NCBI RefSeq assembly: GCF_006345805.1
Contig: NC_043024.1
Span: 17,918,001 to 17,982,000, forward strand
Length of the DNA stretch: 64,000 nucleotides
Direction of reading: 5' to 3'
Source of the DNA: Octopus sinensis
Lineage: Eukaryota
The notes beneath the pieces are model-generated. The model had not been told where the DNA came from. It made no database searches and saw only the letters and a program-made list of their open reading frames with translations. A program made the translations under genes and the position numbers. Within the stretch, counting starts at the first letter, position 1; each line of letters opens with the position of its first letter. Of this stretch, positions 11,505 through 24,935 are shown piece by piece.

Positions 11505-11955
11505 AAGGAAACCAAGACCATAGATATTAGCTTACCTAGGGATGAAAATGTAGATGACAAAGAGCTGGAAAAGATGGCGAAATACAGACTACTAAAAGAC
11601 AAAATTGCAAGAATGTGCAATGAGGAGAGTAACTGTTATCCCAGTAGTTGTAGGGGCGCTCAGGGCACTAACAACCAGATTCGAGAAATATGTTGGAGAA
11701 ATTGGAATTGAAATGAGGGCAGAGCAGGCCCCAAAATCTGTTCTATTGGGGACAGCTAGGATTTTGAGATTAGTTTTTGGGTGTTGAGTTAACATCCAGG
11801 TATAAAGGCTTATAATTTACGGAAAGAGACCCCGTGAAACCTCTGATAACAGGTTGCTGTCCGGTCTCACAGAATCAACCAGAGTAAGTAGGAACCAGTG
11901 CTCTAGGAAGTAAAATAATGATGATGGTGATGGTGATGGTAATGGTGGTGGTATC
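11505..11955 (+). mobile_element. 3' end of REL-endonuclease LINE
   Basis: IDISLPRDENVDDKELEKMAKY..VIPVVVGAL..KSVLLGTARILR with a frameshift, then UTR and triplet tail. Confidence 0.85.
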
Positions 11956-12161
11956 ATGAAAGAAATTATTATTATCATTATTATTATTTTTTTAATAAGT
12001 AGTGGTATATCTTTATTTACATTCTTCTTTCATCTCTATCTACTGTCTCCCCCTCCACATCCCTCTTCCTCATCCCTACCCACTTCATGTCGGATTCCAG
12101 TGCCGACCAAAAGAAAAGTACGTTTCCAAACATCAAAGGAATCTCCTTTCCTTTTACTTAC

Positions 12162-12176
12162 TGCGATGGCATCATT
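12162..12176 (-). CDS. Candidate 15-nt microexon (AATGATGCCATCGCA)
   Basis: tcactcttgtttctttctgtag|exon|gtaagt; frame-preserving; no transcript evidence. Confidence 0.3.
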
Positions 12177-12414
12177 CTACAGAAAGAAACAAGAGTGATT
12201 CGTAGAATTGGTACAGTGGACCATTGGATGGCATAGTTTTGCATTGGTCTGGTTTGGTTTGGTGTAGTGCTTGGGGTGGGTTAGGGGTGGCTGGTATAGT
12301 CTGCTTTTCTATGTTATTCCTCTGGAATGCTGTGATGAGGTGTGCTGCAGTGTGGAGTGGTGTAACAGGATGTTGGGCATCTTGGTATAGTCTGGTGAGC
12401 TGCAGTTCACTCCT

Positions 12415-12451
<37 letters not shown>

Positions 12452-12579
12452 CTTGTTCTTTCCTCTTCTCCTTCCTCTTCTGCTGCTGTATTTAATAACA
12501 AAACATTAAACAGACTGTGATTGCCTCGCTTGTTGCTGTTGTGGTTGTCTCCAGTCAAAAACTGTTAAGGATGCCCGAC

Positions 12580-12620
<41 letters not shown>

Positions 12621-13080
12621 ACTAAGTGTGTGTGTGTGTGTGTGCGTGCATATGTGCATGAGTAAGTGTGCATATGTGTGTATTGAGTGTGTGTGTATGC
12701 ATGAGTCTGTGTGCGTATGTGTGTGTGCATTTGCTTCATTGTGTCTTTCATCTGTGTGTGTGTGTATTGATGAGTGTGTGTGTATATGCATGAGTCTGTG
12801 TGTGTGTATGTGCTTCATTGTGTCTTTCATCTGTGTGTGTGTGAGCATGTGTGTATGCATGTCTTTATGTGTGTGTGCATGTACTTGATTGTGTCTTTCA
12901 TCTGTGTGTATGTGCACGAGTGTATGCATGAGTGTTTGTGTATGCATAAGTCTGTGTGTATGCATGAATCTGTGTGTGCACATAAGTCTATGTGCGTGTG
13001 TGTATTGGATTGTGTCTTTCATGTATGTGTGCATGTGTGTGTGTGTGCATGTGTGTGTGTGTGCATGTATGTGTATGTGT
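12580..13080. repeat. (GT)-rich compound satellite with recurring TTGTGTCTTTCAT unit (4 copies)
   Basis: Direct inspection. Confidence 0.85.
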
Positions 13081-13493
13081 GCTTGCCTCTTCTGCGTGGT
13101 CATAGCAGTTGTTGTTATCAATGGTTGTTGTGGTTTTAGTTATGCTATATTGCTGTTGTTGTTGCTGTAGTTGTTGTCATTTGTAGTTGTTGTTTTGAAG
13201 ATGTTGCTGTTTAGTTGATTGTCTGGCAGAAAGATGTTCCCTGTTTCAATTACTTTACAGTAATAACACACACACACACATACACATGTGCTCTGTGTTC
13301 AAATACACACACACGCATGCATGTGCACACACTCACCACACACTCAAACACACACATGAATATATATAGCTACATGTGCATGTGCAGTTCTATGCACTTA
13401 AACATGTATTTATGTATGTATGTGTGTGTGTTATGTATGTATGTAAGCATATATGCATGTATGCATGTGAATATATGTATGTATGCATGTATA

Positions 13494-13546
<53 letters not shown>

Positions 13547-13625
13547 ACATGCATCATGTCTGTAAGTATGCATCAATGAAATGGTTCACTGATATACACA
13601 CACACTCAGATTTCTATTCCACCTG

Positions 13626-13629
<4 letters not shown>

Positions 13630-13663
<34 letters not shown>

Positions 13664-13668
13664 TCTCT

Positions 13669-13737
<69 letters not shown>

Positions 13738-13918
13738 TAAATTAGAGATAATACCACTATTAGGCAAATCAAACAGTGAAAAACATAAACCAAAACATAG
13801 AAATAAAATTAATTAATATAATATACAAAACATATAAAATATAAAATTCAAAATTTGAATTATTTAAATTTAAAGTTAAAAATTTTAAATTATTAATTTA
13901 TATTTATAAATTTATATA

Positions 13919-13960
<42 letters not shown>

Positions 13961-14045
13961 TTATTTATTTATTATTTGTTATTTATTAAATATATATAAC
14001 TATCAAAAAGTATTAAAAAGTTTAATATAAGATAAAAAGTATATA

Positions 14046-14089
<44 letters not shown>

Positions 14090-14139
14090 ATATTCATATA
14101 TATATATATAAATATATGTATATATATGCGTATATATAC

Positions 14140-14176
<37 letters not shown>

Positions 14177-14288
14177 TATATATAGATATAAATATATGTA
14201 TATATATGCGTATATATACGTATATATATATATATATATATTCATATATATATATATAAATATATGTATATATATGCGTATATATACG

Positions 14289-14322
<34 letters not shown>

Positions 14323-14330
14323 ATTAGAAG
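13630..14330. repeat. (CT)n/(TA)n and AT-rich low-complexity tract with 3 longer repeated units
   Basis: Direct inspection. Confidence 0.85.
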
Positions 14331-14680
14331 AAATGTGTGTGTGTGTGTCGGTGCCTGTGAGTCTGGAACGGGTGATTGATTTAGTCTAATATCTCACTGA
14401 TTGCCGCACTCTTTTACAAAGAATTCAGTTTTAGTTTCTAATGAGAATTTCGCTCTTGTTAGATGTTTCTTTAGGTTTTTGTCTTTTCGTCTATTGTTTT
14501 TTATGCAATATTTGTTTAGTATGTTTTCCATTTTGGGGCTTTGTAAGATTATTGGTAGGTTTGAATGTATGATTTAGAACATGTTGGTAACTCCAGGGTA
14601 TATATATGTATGTATGTGTGTATATGTATATATATATATATCCATTCATTCATTCATACATACATACATATATATATATA

Positions 14681-14759
<79 letters not shown>

Positions 14760-14795
14760 GTATGTGTGTATGAATGTATATATATATATACATAT

Positions 14796-14839
<44 letters not shown>

Positions 14840-15083
14840 TATATACACATATATATGTGTGTATTTATATTATATATTCCCATGTGTCATCGAATGTGGG
14901 TCAAAATGATTGTAGCATGAACTATTAAATATTAAAAAAAATGAGCCTCTACATCAGTCCTTTATATATATGAAAGTAAGCAACTTCAATTTGAACCAAT
15001 TTCAGTGGAGTAAAGGCAAAATATATATTCATGCATGGGTGTATAGATAAGATCTTTTCCCTCAATTCCTTGTACCATTGTAG

Positions 15084-15209
15084 GTTGTGTAAGGCTGCCC
15101 TGTTAATATATAAATATACCATGACAACTTTTGCTGTCATGGTCAATGCAATGATCACACAGAAAGTTGTCACACACCTTCCTTCCAAGCATTGCTGTAA
15201 ACAGCAGAA
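15084..15209 (+). CDS. Candidate 126-nt internal exon (phase 2/2)
   Basis: Pyrimidine-rich ..ttgtag acceptor, GAA|gtgagt donor, one open frame LCKAALLIYKY..CCKQQ; no recognised homology. Confidence 0.3.
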
Positions 15210-15315
15210 GTGAGTTACAATGTTAAAACTTAGAGTATATGCACACCGGTGTTCAGGGTCAAGTTTTGCCTTGTGGCTTCACTCTGCGTGCTTTAGCTTC
15301 TTTACTCTGGAAGAG

Positions 15316-15563
15316 TCATCATCATCATCATCATCGTTTAGCGTCCGCTTTCCATGCTGGCATGGGTTGGACGGTGCAACTGGGGTCTGGGAAGCCAAAA
15401 GGCTGCGCCAGGCCCAGTCTGATCTGGCAATGTTTCTACGGCTGGATGCCCTTCGTAACGCCAACCACTCCATGAGTGTAGTGGGTGCTTTTTATGTGCC
15501 ACCAGCACAGGTGCCAGACGAGGCTGGCAAACGGCCACGGTCGGATGGTGCTTTTTACGTGCC
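15316..15563 (-). mobile_element. RTE 3' tail repeat (family C)
   Basis: Family C consensus with (GAT)n tail. Confidence 0.85.
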
Positions 15564-15787
15564 GATGGGCTTCTTCCAGTTATTATCTACTAAATCCAAT
15601 CGCAGGGCTTTGGTTGGCCTGAGGCTATTGTAGAAGACACTTGCCCAAGGTGCCACACCGTTGGACTGAACCTAGAACCACGTGGTTGGAAAGCAAGCTT
15701 CTTACCACACAGCCAATATATGTATAGTTTGTATATCTAGTCCAAGCGGTTTTATTTGTTTATTTGCATCTTCATTTCCCTCCCTCC

Positions 15788-15837
<50 letters not shown>

Positions 15838-16539
15838 ATAAATATAAATGTGCATACACACATATATACTTACATTCACACACACATTTGTATGTCTCAT
15901 TCTTTGCTTGAAAGAAGAAAGCCCTCTACTTAGTTTTGAGTATTCTTGACTTTATGCAACAACAACAACTACTACCACCACCACTACTACTACTATTTCT
16001 ACCACCACTACTTTGGCTGCTGCTGTTTCTTACATGAGGCTCTCTGCTATCAAATCCAGCCATTCAGTGATTGCAGGTATCTGGTTTATAAGACATGTTC
16101 TATTAGGGCATTGCCAAAATAGATGGAAAAAAACATTATTGGAATTTGATGTGACAGGAGAGAATATACTGGAAACTTGAGGATCAGTGGAATGGAATAA
16201 AAGCAATACAGAACTTCTCTTTAAGGTTTGGATTCCTTAGAGAGCTGGTTGTTATTGCTGCTTCTGTTTAACCCATGGCCAGACCTAATGCAGCTGACAT
16301 ATCATCTGGAGCATTCTACTTGTCAACAACAACAAAAAAAGTACTTCATTTGGTGAGAGATAAATATTATTTAATAAGAAGTGCAATGTATGTTTATATG
16401 TGCCACTATTGGTTTCATGTAATGAAAGCATTTTTAAAATATCTGGTGACCCAGCACAATCATCTGGCACTGCCCTCATGGCATAATGAACTAAAAAATT
16501 ACCCATGCTAGCATGGAAGGTGAACGATAAACAGTGATG

Positions 16540-16544
<5 letters not shown>

Positions 16545-16590
<46 letters not shown>

Positions 16591-16742
16591 TATATCATTA
16601 ACAACCACTTCTCATGAGGGCCTGGGTGGACAGTTTGATCAGAATTGCAAGTTTGGAATCTTGGGCAAGTATCTTCTAGTCTGATTTGGCTTGGTTTCTA
16701 CAGCTGGATGGATGCCCTTCCTAATGCCAAATGATGATGATG

Positions 16743-16774
<32 letters not shown>

Positions 16775-16941
16775 CACACACACACATATATCATTAACAA
16801 CCACTTCTCATGAGGGCCTGGGTTGGACAGTTTGATCAGAATTGGCAAGTTTGGAATCTTGGGCAAGTATCTTCTAGTCTGATTTGGCTTGGTTTCTACA
16901 GCTGGATGGATGCCCTTCCTAATGCCAAATGATGATGATGA
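16545..16941. repeat. Near-identical tandem duplication, period 196 bp
   Basis: TCATTAACAACC at 16595 and 16791; non-microsatellite parts differ by two 1-bp indels. Confidence 0.9.
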
Positions 16942-17149
16942 TTATATATATATATATGTATTTTTTTTAATCTACCAAGGCCCCATAGGAGCGGGTAGCT
17001 ACAACAAGACACACACTAGGCATTCCATTAATTTCCCAGCTCAAAGAGACGAGCTCTGTCCTATGCTCAGGTCAAGGCATAGAAAGCAAACCCTCGATAT
17101 CAACAGCAGGGCCTGACAGCATATGTTGGTTTACCCATGCTGGTTCCAT

Positions 17150-17365
17150 ACCCCTTTGCACAACATCAAATTCACTCATCCATCCACAAACTCTCTCCAA
17201 GTTTTCCTGCCTCTTGCCTCTTTCACTCCAAAGCCTCTAACCACCATCCATCTACACAAACTGAGGTCTGCCTCTGGTTTTGCTGCCTACCACTTCTGCC
17301 TTCATCACCCTCCTTACCATCCACTCCTTATCCATCCTCTCCATGTAGCCAAACCACCCCAACAT
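17150..17365 (-). mobile_element. Decayed RTE ORF C-terminus
   Basis: LGWFGYMERMDKEWMVRRVMKAEVVGSKTRGRP. Confidence 0.75.
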
Positions 17366-18135
17366 TTGTTTATCCATTCTGGTACATAGATTTTCTCTTA
17401 TATACATGTGGTTGTGTGCAATTGTGTCTGTCTAGTGGTGTACATCTGTAGCTCATTTTTTTATAATAATAATAATAATAATAATAATAATTATAATGAT
17501 TATGATAATAATGAAATTATTGTATACCGTGCTCAGGTGCACCACAACTTGTCTAAAGTGCATATAAAGCATATGCCGTGATGTACAAATGTCTGGGAAG
17601 TGAACAGTGTATGAGTCAGATACATGCTTGCGTGTGTATGGAGGGGAGAAAATCAGGTGTAGCGTTGGCAAATCTCAGGAAGCATGGAAGTTTTGAAGGA
17701 TGCAGTGCCCCAACAACTAACAACTGATGCCGGCAGTTTGTTATGTAAAAAGGAAGAGAATGCTTACCTAGCTTTTTGATAAATAGAGATCAATAAAACT
17801 AGAATAAAAGTAAGAACTAGAATCAATATCAATAATTAAATTCCTTGTAAAATCAGTGCTCCAGCATGGCCACATTTCAATGACCGAAACCAGTAAAAGA
17901 CTAACAGAATAATCACATATATTTCTCCCACCTCTCCTTCTATTTACTCCCTCTATTATTCATTCTCCACTCTCTTACTCTCTCTCTCTCTCTTTTACTG
18001 TTTCTACTACTCTCTCTCTCTCTCATACACCCTATCTTCCCTTCATTTCCTCTCAAACACACACATAAACGTAAAGGCATAGCTACACGCACATATATTT
18101 CAAAATCATACATATACAATCACAATGTACACATA

Positions 18136-18296
18136 GGCGCAGGTGTGGTTGTGTGGTAAGAAGCTTACTTCCCAACCACATGGTTCCGAGTTCAGTCCCA
18201 CTGCATGGCACCTTGGGCAAGTGTCTTCTACTATAGTCTCAGGCTGACCATAGCCTTATGAGTTGATTTGGTAGATGGAAACTGAAAGTAGCCTAT

Positions 18297-18342
<46 letters not shown>

Positions 18343-18955
18343 TCGGTGCAAGTAAGGGCAAAGTGTCATCTACTATAGCCCCGACCAAAGCCTTGTGAGT
18401 GGATTTGGTAGATGAAGCCCAATAGTAGCCTGTCGTGTGTGTGATTGTTCCCCCCAACAACCGGTGTTTGTGTGTTTTCATACCCATAACTGAGTGGTTC
18501 TGCAAAGGAATATAACAAGTTTGTTCCTTCTCGAGTCATGCCTGGCTCATAAGGGCCGTATTCCCAGTTTCCTTGATGCATAGGTTCCTCACCTGGACCG
18601 GACGCCAGTCCATCGCCGGTGAGCTGCAAGATGCAGGAGGAAAGAGTGAGAGAAAAGTTGTGGCGAAAGGGTCAGCAGGAGTTCACCATTACCTTCTGCT
18701 GGAGCCGCGTGGAGCTTAGGTGTTTCACTCATAAACATACACATTGCCTGGTCTGAGATTCGAACCCGCGATCCCTCGACCACGAGTCCGCTGCTCTAAC
18801 CACTAGGCCATGTGCCTTCACAATAGAACAAGTACTAGGCTTTAAAAATTAAAAAAAAAAGTTTGGGTTGGGGGGTCAATTTGTTCAACTAAAACCCTTC
18901 AAGGCAGTGCTCCAGCATGGCTGCAGTCAAACAACTGGAACAGGTGAAAAAATAG
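18136..18955 (+). mobile_element. SINE A interrupted by antisense SINE D (18524-18821)
   Basis: Family A body resumes after the family D copy. Confidence 0.8.
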
Positions 18956-19009
18956 AAGAAAAATTCATCAAAATCACACATACACACAAGGTTACCTACT
19001 TAGAGAAGT

Positions 19010-19088
19010 GCACTTGTGTGCATGCACACACACACATGCACCTATAAGCCTTCATACATATATGCATACACATACGCACACACATATG

Positions 19089-19147
<59 letters not shown>

Positions 19148-20068
19148 GCATCAATGTACTTTCAGCATTACACAAGCGTGACCCCATGACCTCTGCAGTC
19201 ATGCATGACACATAAACAGAAACGTTGGGAATATTTTTGTCAGATAAACAATCACTTAATGTTGGGCGTGTGTATGCATTTGCAACGTAGCGTGTATGTA
19301 GGCATGTATGTGAGTATGTATGTGTATGTGTGTGCGTATGCACATGTATGTGTGTATATACATGTATGTGTATGTGTTTATGTTTATGTGTATATATATG
19401 TGTGTGTATGTGTATGCAGATGTATGTGTATACATATGTATGTGCATGTGTGTGCATATATGTGTGTATATGTATGCACATGTATGTGTGTGAGTATGTG
19501 CATATGTGTGTGTGCGTATGTATGCTCATGTATGTGTGTAAGCATATATGTGTGTGTGTGTGTGTGTGTATGTATATATGTGTGTATGTATGTGCATATA
19601 TGCATGTGTATATGTATGCATGTCTATGTGTGTATGCATGTGCATATATGTGTGTATATGTGTATGCGCCTCTATGTATGACTATAGAGTGTGTATATAT
19701 GCACGTCTGTGTGTGGTGTGTGTACGTGCGAGTATTTGTGTGTATGCGAATGATTGTTTGATAGATGGTAGGGGGATGGGGGCATGGGAGTAAAAGATAT
19801 GTCTGTCTGTGCGTCCATCTCCTTTCAAATAAACTGAAAAACCAAGACAAATATGTTAAAACCTTTATTGACAGAAAATCAGAAGAATGTTACATCAATA
19901 TTTTGAAATTAGGTCTTAATTCCATAGGATATGTCACTTTGGTGTGTCTGTGGGGAAGTGTGTGTGACTGTGAGTGTACGTGTGTGCATGTGTGTGTATA
20001 CATATGTATATGCTAGTATGTATATATACATATATGTATATATACGTATATATATATGTATATATATG

Positions 20069-20153
<85 letters not shown>

Positions 20154-20420
20154 TAGTGTGTATGCATATATGCATGTATACGTGTGTCTGTCTGTCTGTG
20201 TTTGTGTGTATATATATACACAGACACAAATATATAAACATTTATACATTCATACACACTCACTCACACAGACGTAGAGAGGTGTGTGTTTGGGTATATG
20301 TTTGTTTAAATGACTAAATAGTTGTGTATGTGTTTGTGTGAGCATACACACACACACACACACACACACACGCATTCATACACTTGCACATACATAGGTT
20401 TGTGCTTGTTTATGTGTGTG
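19010..20420. repeat. Long (TG/TA) microsatellite-rich region
   Basis: Direct inspection; source of many spurious ORFs. Confidence 0.9.
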
Positions 20421-20687
20421 AAATGTATGTGTGTGTGTGTGTGTGCATACTTATTGTATGTATTTCACTTATGCGTGCCTGTATGCGAAGTGTGTGCATT
20501 GACGTAAGTACGTGTTTCTGTGTTTGTTTACATCAATATTTCAAAATTAAGTCTTAATTCCACAAGATATTTCTTTTATTATTTCCGCGTGTGTATATGT
20601 ATATACCTACATATATGTGCGTTTGTGTGTGTATGTATAATGAATGCATCTATCGATATATTGAAACATTTGTTTCCATTATCTTCA

Positions 20688-21345
20688 ATCATCATCATCA
20701 TCATCATCATTGAATGTCCATTTTCCCTGCAGGTAGGCGTTGGACAGTTTGACAGAAGCTGGCCAGTCAAAGAGCTGTCCTGGCTCCAATTATCTGTTTC
20801 GGTGTGGTTTCTACAGCTAAATGCTCTTTCTAATGAACAACCACTACACAGTGTGTGCTGGGTCCTTTTTACATGACACCAGCATGGGTGCTTTATATGT
20901 GGCCCTGAACGGGTCCCTTTTTATGTGGCACTAGCACAAGTGCATCTTATGTGACACCAGCACAGGTGTTTTTTGTGTGATACTAGCATGGGTGCTTTTT
21001 ACCTGACGCTGTCACCTACAAGCCTGCTGGACAGGTATCTCTTAGCTGACAGAGGTATGTACCTGCATGTACAGACGGTCCCGATTTTACTTGGCTTGTC
21101 ACATCTTCACAAGTACAGCAAATTGCCAGAAGTCTAGGTCCCTTGTCATCTCCTCTTTGAGGCCCAAAATCTGAAAATCCTTTCTCACCACTTCATCTCA
21201 CATCTGTCTGGGTCTACCCCTTCCACGCGTTCCCTGCACAATTAGAGATTGGCACCTCTTGATGCAGCTGTCCTCATCCATAAGCATCCCATGACCATAC
21301 CAGTGCAGTCTTCTCTCTTGCACACTACAGCTGATGACTCTCACA
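20688..21345 (-). mobile_element. 5'-truncated RTE: ORF end plus family C 3' UTR
   Basis: MDEDSCIKRCQSLIVQGTRGRGRP..DEVVRKDFQILGL followed by family C and (GAT)n. Confidence 0.8.
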
Positions 21346-22656
21346 CCCAATTTTTCTCTCAATTGACTTACATTCTGCTGACGTTCAGACCTGTGGAGTT
21401 GTAGTCATGGAGTCAGGTCGGAAACAATTAAGGATTAGCTTGGAGTCAGAGTCAGCAAAACTATACTGACTCCAACTTACAATGTCTTTATTCTTTAATA
21501 TAAACTAATTATAACATATAGGCGGGTGGCACATAAAATGCACCCACTACAGTCACGGAGTGGTTGGCGTTAGGAAGGGCATCCAGCCGTAGAAACACTG
21601 CCAGATCTGACTGGGCCTGATGAAGCCTTCCAGCTTCACAGACCCCAGTTGAACCGTCCAACCCATGCTAGCATGGAGAACGGACGCTAAATGATGATGA
21701 TGATGATGATGAGGCCTACACAAAGTACAAGCATATACATATGCTTTATGAGATATGTAGACCACAATCACTTAATTACATAAGGAGTCAGAGTCGGGGG
21801 TACCAACTGTAGAGGAATCGGAGTCAAAGTCTTTTGTTTTGACTCCCCAGCCCTGCTGTCATTACCCATCAAGGAGAGCATGGCTTCATTTCTTTCAAGC
21901 CTTCAGGTATCCTCACAAGTTACAGCCTGTATCTCACTACCATGCAGCATAGCTGTCTGTACACAGGTGTTATGCTATCTGCCGTTTACTCTGAGAGAGA
22001 GTCACTTCATTACCAACAAAGCTAGCAGATCTTTGAACTTTGCCCAGCTTGTTCTTATTCTAACAAATATATATACATATATACAAACATACAATAAGAT
22101 ATCGTAACAGTAAATCAATATTATGATGTATTCTTTTCTACTCTAGGTACAAGGTCCGAAATTTTTTTGGTGGGGTGGGCAGTCGATTACATCAACCCCA
22201 GTACGCAACTGGTACTTAATTTATCACTCCTGAAAGGATAAAAGCAAAGCTGACCTCGACGGAATTTGAACTCAGAACATAAAGACAGACGAAATACCGC
22301 TAAGCATTTCGCCTGGCGTGCTAACGTTTCTTCCAGCTCACCACCCTAAACCTTTTCGACTCTAGGCACAAGGTCCAAAATTTCTGCCAGCTCGCCACTT
22401 TCAGTATAATGATATATCAAATATGTTACAATAGGTGACTATAGAAATTAAAAACCCAAATGGTAGAATACATAAATAAGGGGACAAAATAGCACCTACA
22501 ATTGCTGGAAATAAGAGCTAAAAAATATAACTCAAATGGCCACACAAAATCACCAACCTCATGAGATATTTAAAGGGATTGTGAGTGGCAAGTCACAACA
22601 TCTTACTCTAGTGAGATAAGACTCACTGAATATATATATATATATATATGTGTGTC

Positions 22657-22714
<58 letters not shown>

Positions 22715-22715
<1 letters not shown>

Positions 22716-23114
22716 CAACTTATAAATAATGGCAAACGAAAAAATTTTCTAATGCCAAAATTGGACATATTATCCATTACCATATTATTTATCACAATAC
22801 GCACGCTACTCGAAAAAAGCCAACAGAAATTTCTTAAAAATCCATTATTACCATATCAGACCGATTTCAGGGTTAGTTTGTAAGTATCTCATTTATTTCT
22901 TTACCACATGTATCACTGACAAAGGGAGGGTTCTTACGAACTAACCCTGAAATCGGTCCAATATGGTAATGATAGAATTTTTTAGAAATTTCTGTCGGCT
23001 TTTTTTCGAGTAGCATGCATATTGTGATAAATTATATGGTAATGGACAATATGTCCAATTTTCAGCTTATTTGGCATTAGAAATTTTTTTCGTTTGCCCT
23101 TATTTATAAGTTGT
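22715..23114. mobile_element. Fold-back MITE with ~170-180-bp TIRs
   Basis: Arms 22715-22884 and 22933-23114 are imperfect reverse complements; TA-rich flanks. Confidence 0.85.
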
Positions 23115-23195
23115 TTATAATTTTAACCTTTAAAGGTATTTTTTAATATGCTGGCCATTGATAAAAATTTTTTAGAAAAAAATTTTATCCTACAT

Positions 23196-23238
<43 letters not shown>

Positions 23239-23920
23239 CATTAAATGTGTGTTTCTTTGTGTGTGGTATTGGGGTGTATTGCATGCATACATGAATATTT
23301 AAATATTTATTTTTGGTTCACTTGAACCATTGAGAAATATTTGGAACAGACTGTAGATGCAGCAATCAATAATAGTTCCTTATAATACATCGGGTAAAAA
23401 AAACCTTGATGACAGAAACAAGTGGACAGAATCACCTACTGGTATTGAGCCACATGTTCATCATGCAACTGAATGGCCATGAATGGCTATTACATCAAAG
23501 CGACCTGACAACTCTCAACTGTTGGAATCAGAAATGTCGTTTGATTCTTTCGGGTGATTTTGACCACTTTATTCCATTATCAAAGTGGATGCTTTAGCTT
23601 TACACAAAGAACGATTATCTACAACTCCTTTCATATCGTAGCAGCATATAAAAGGAATCTTTGATATATGTGTGTATGTATATGTGTGTATGTGTGTAAT
23701 ATTATTATATGTAATATATAACAGACCAAGATATCTGTGCCGTGTTGTACTGAAGAAGAGCCGTCCACCACAGCAGAGTTGATACCAGTGCTGGTCCCAC
23801 ATAAAAAACATCCAGTACTCTCTGTAGGATGGTTAGTGTTAGGAAGGGCATCCAGCCAAATCAGACAATGGAGCCAGTTGCAGCCCCTGCGCTTACCATC
23901 TCCAGTCAAGCCATCCACCC

Positions 23921-24315
23921 TGGCTGTGTGGTAAGTAGCTTGCTTATGAATCACATGGTTCCGGGTTCAGTCCCACTACATGGCACCTTGGGTAAGTGTC
24001 TTCTACTTTAGCCTCAGGCCAACTAAAGCCTTGTGAGTGGATTTGGTGGACGGAAACTGAAAGAAGCCCGTCGTATATAGGTATATATATATATGTGTGT
24101 GTGTGTGTTTGTATGTCTGTGTCTGTCCCCCCCACATCGCTTGGCAACCGATGCTGGTGTACTTACGTCCCCACAACTCAGCGGTTCGGCACAAGAGACC
24201 AATAGAATAAGTACTAGGCTTACAAAGAATAAGTCCTGGGGTCGATTTGCTCGACTAAAGGCAGTGCTCTAGCATGGCCACGGTCAAATGACTGAAACAA
24301 GTGAAAAAGTAAAGA

Positions 24316-24320
<5 letters not shown>
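23921..24320 (+). mobile_element. SINE family A
   Basis: Near full-length match. Confidence 0.9.
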
Positions 24321-24347
<27 letters not shown>

Positions 24348-24350
<3 letters not shown>

Positions 24351-24690
24351 CAAAAATAAGCAACAAGAATGACTCCGGTGATTTGGTACAATTGTTTCGT
24401 ACTACAACATTTTATTAAAAGCTGTAAGTATTACAGCAGATTTAAGATGCTGAGTACTCATCAGCCAATTTATATAGGTTTTCCAATAATATAAAAGCTT
24501 TAAGGACGAATACATATGGCTATTACTACTTGATTTGAAAGCTGTACAAAACAATTGTACCAAATCACCGGAGTCATTCTTGTTGCTTATTTTTGATTAA
24601 AATCTCCCCGCAAATTTTTATGGGTAACACCATACAAAATTCTGGTGCATCTAAATTAAGTACCATATTCATTTGCATCTAAATTGTTGC
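24348..24690. mobile_element. Penelope-like element with 50-bp perfect inverted repeat (24348-24397 / 24549-24598)
   Basis: Tail shared with 531-980 element; hammerhead motif. Confidence 0.75.
24383..24468 (-). ncRNA. Minimal type I hammerhead ribozyme motif, intact core
   Basis: UUGG-CUGAUGA-GUACU..AGUAC-GAAA-CAAUUG-UA-CCAA; predicted cut between 24387 and 24386. Confidence 0.85.
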
Positions 24691-24834
24691 TGATCTTATA
24701 TATACATATATATATAATAAAATAAATGCTTTACACCTGGTAGCTTACTGGTAAGGCACGGTCACTTTCAGAGTGACCATTAGGTAAATAACAAATGAAA
24801 GACAGAAGATGGAATATACTAGAATATATTATTA

Positions 24835-24935
24835 ATCACAATTGTTTTGACACATCTAGTATTGACTCCTCTTGTGGGTCACTCAACAATTGGTTCAGGA
24901 GTATCTGGTGGTACAGACGTATCTCGTCGGGTGAT
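24835..24935 (-). ncRNA. Decayed hammerhead motif (CCGACGA core, GAAA to AAAA)
   Basis: Stem I AUCAC/GUGAU; 10-bp stem II GAUACGUCUG/UAGAUGUGUC. Confidence 0.55.

Noticed and set aside
16034-16080. Minus-strand peptide IPAITEWLDLIAESL with GTAAGA donor
   Set aside because: Weak pyrimidine tract; surroundings may be decayed retroelement
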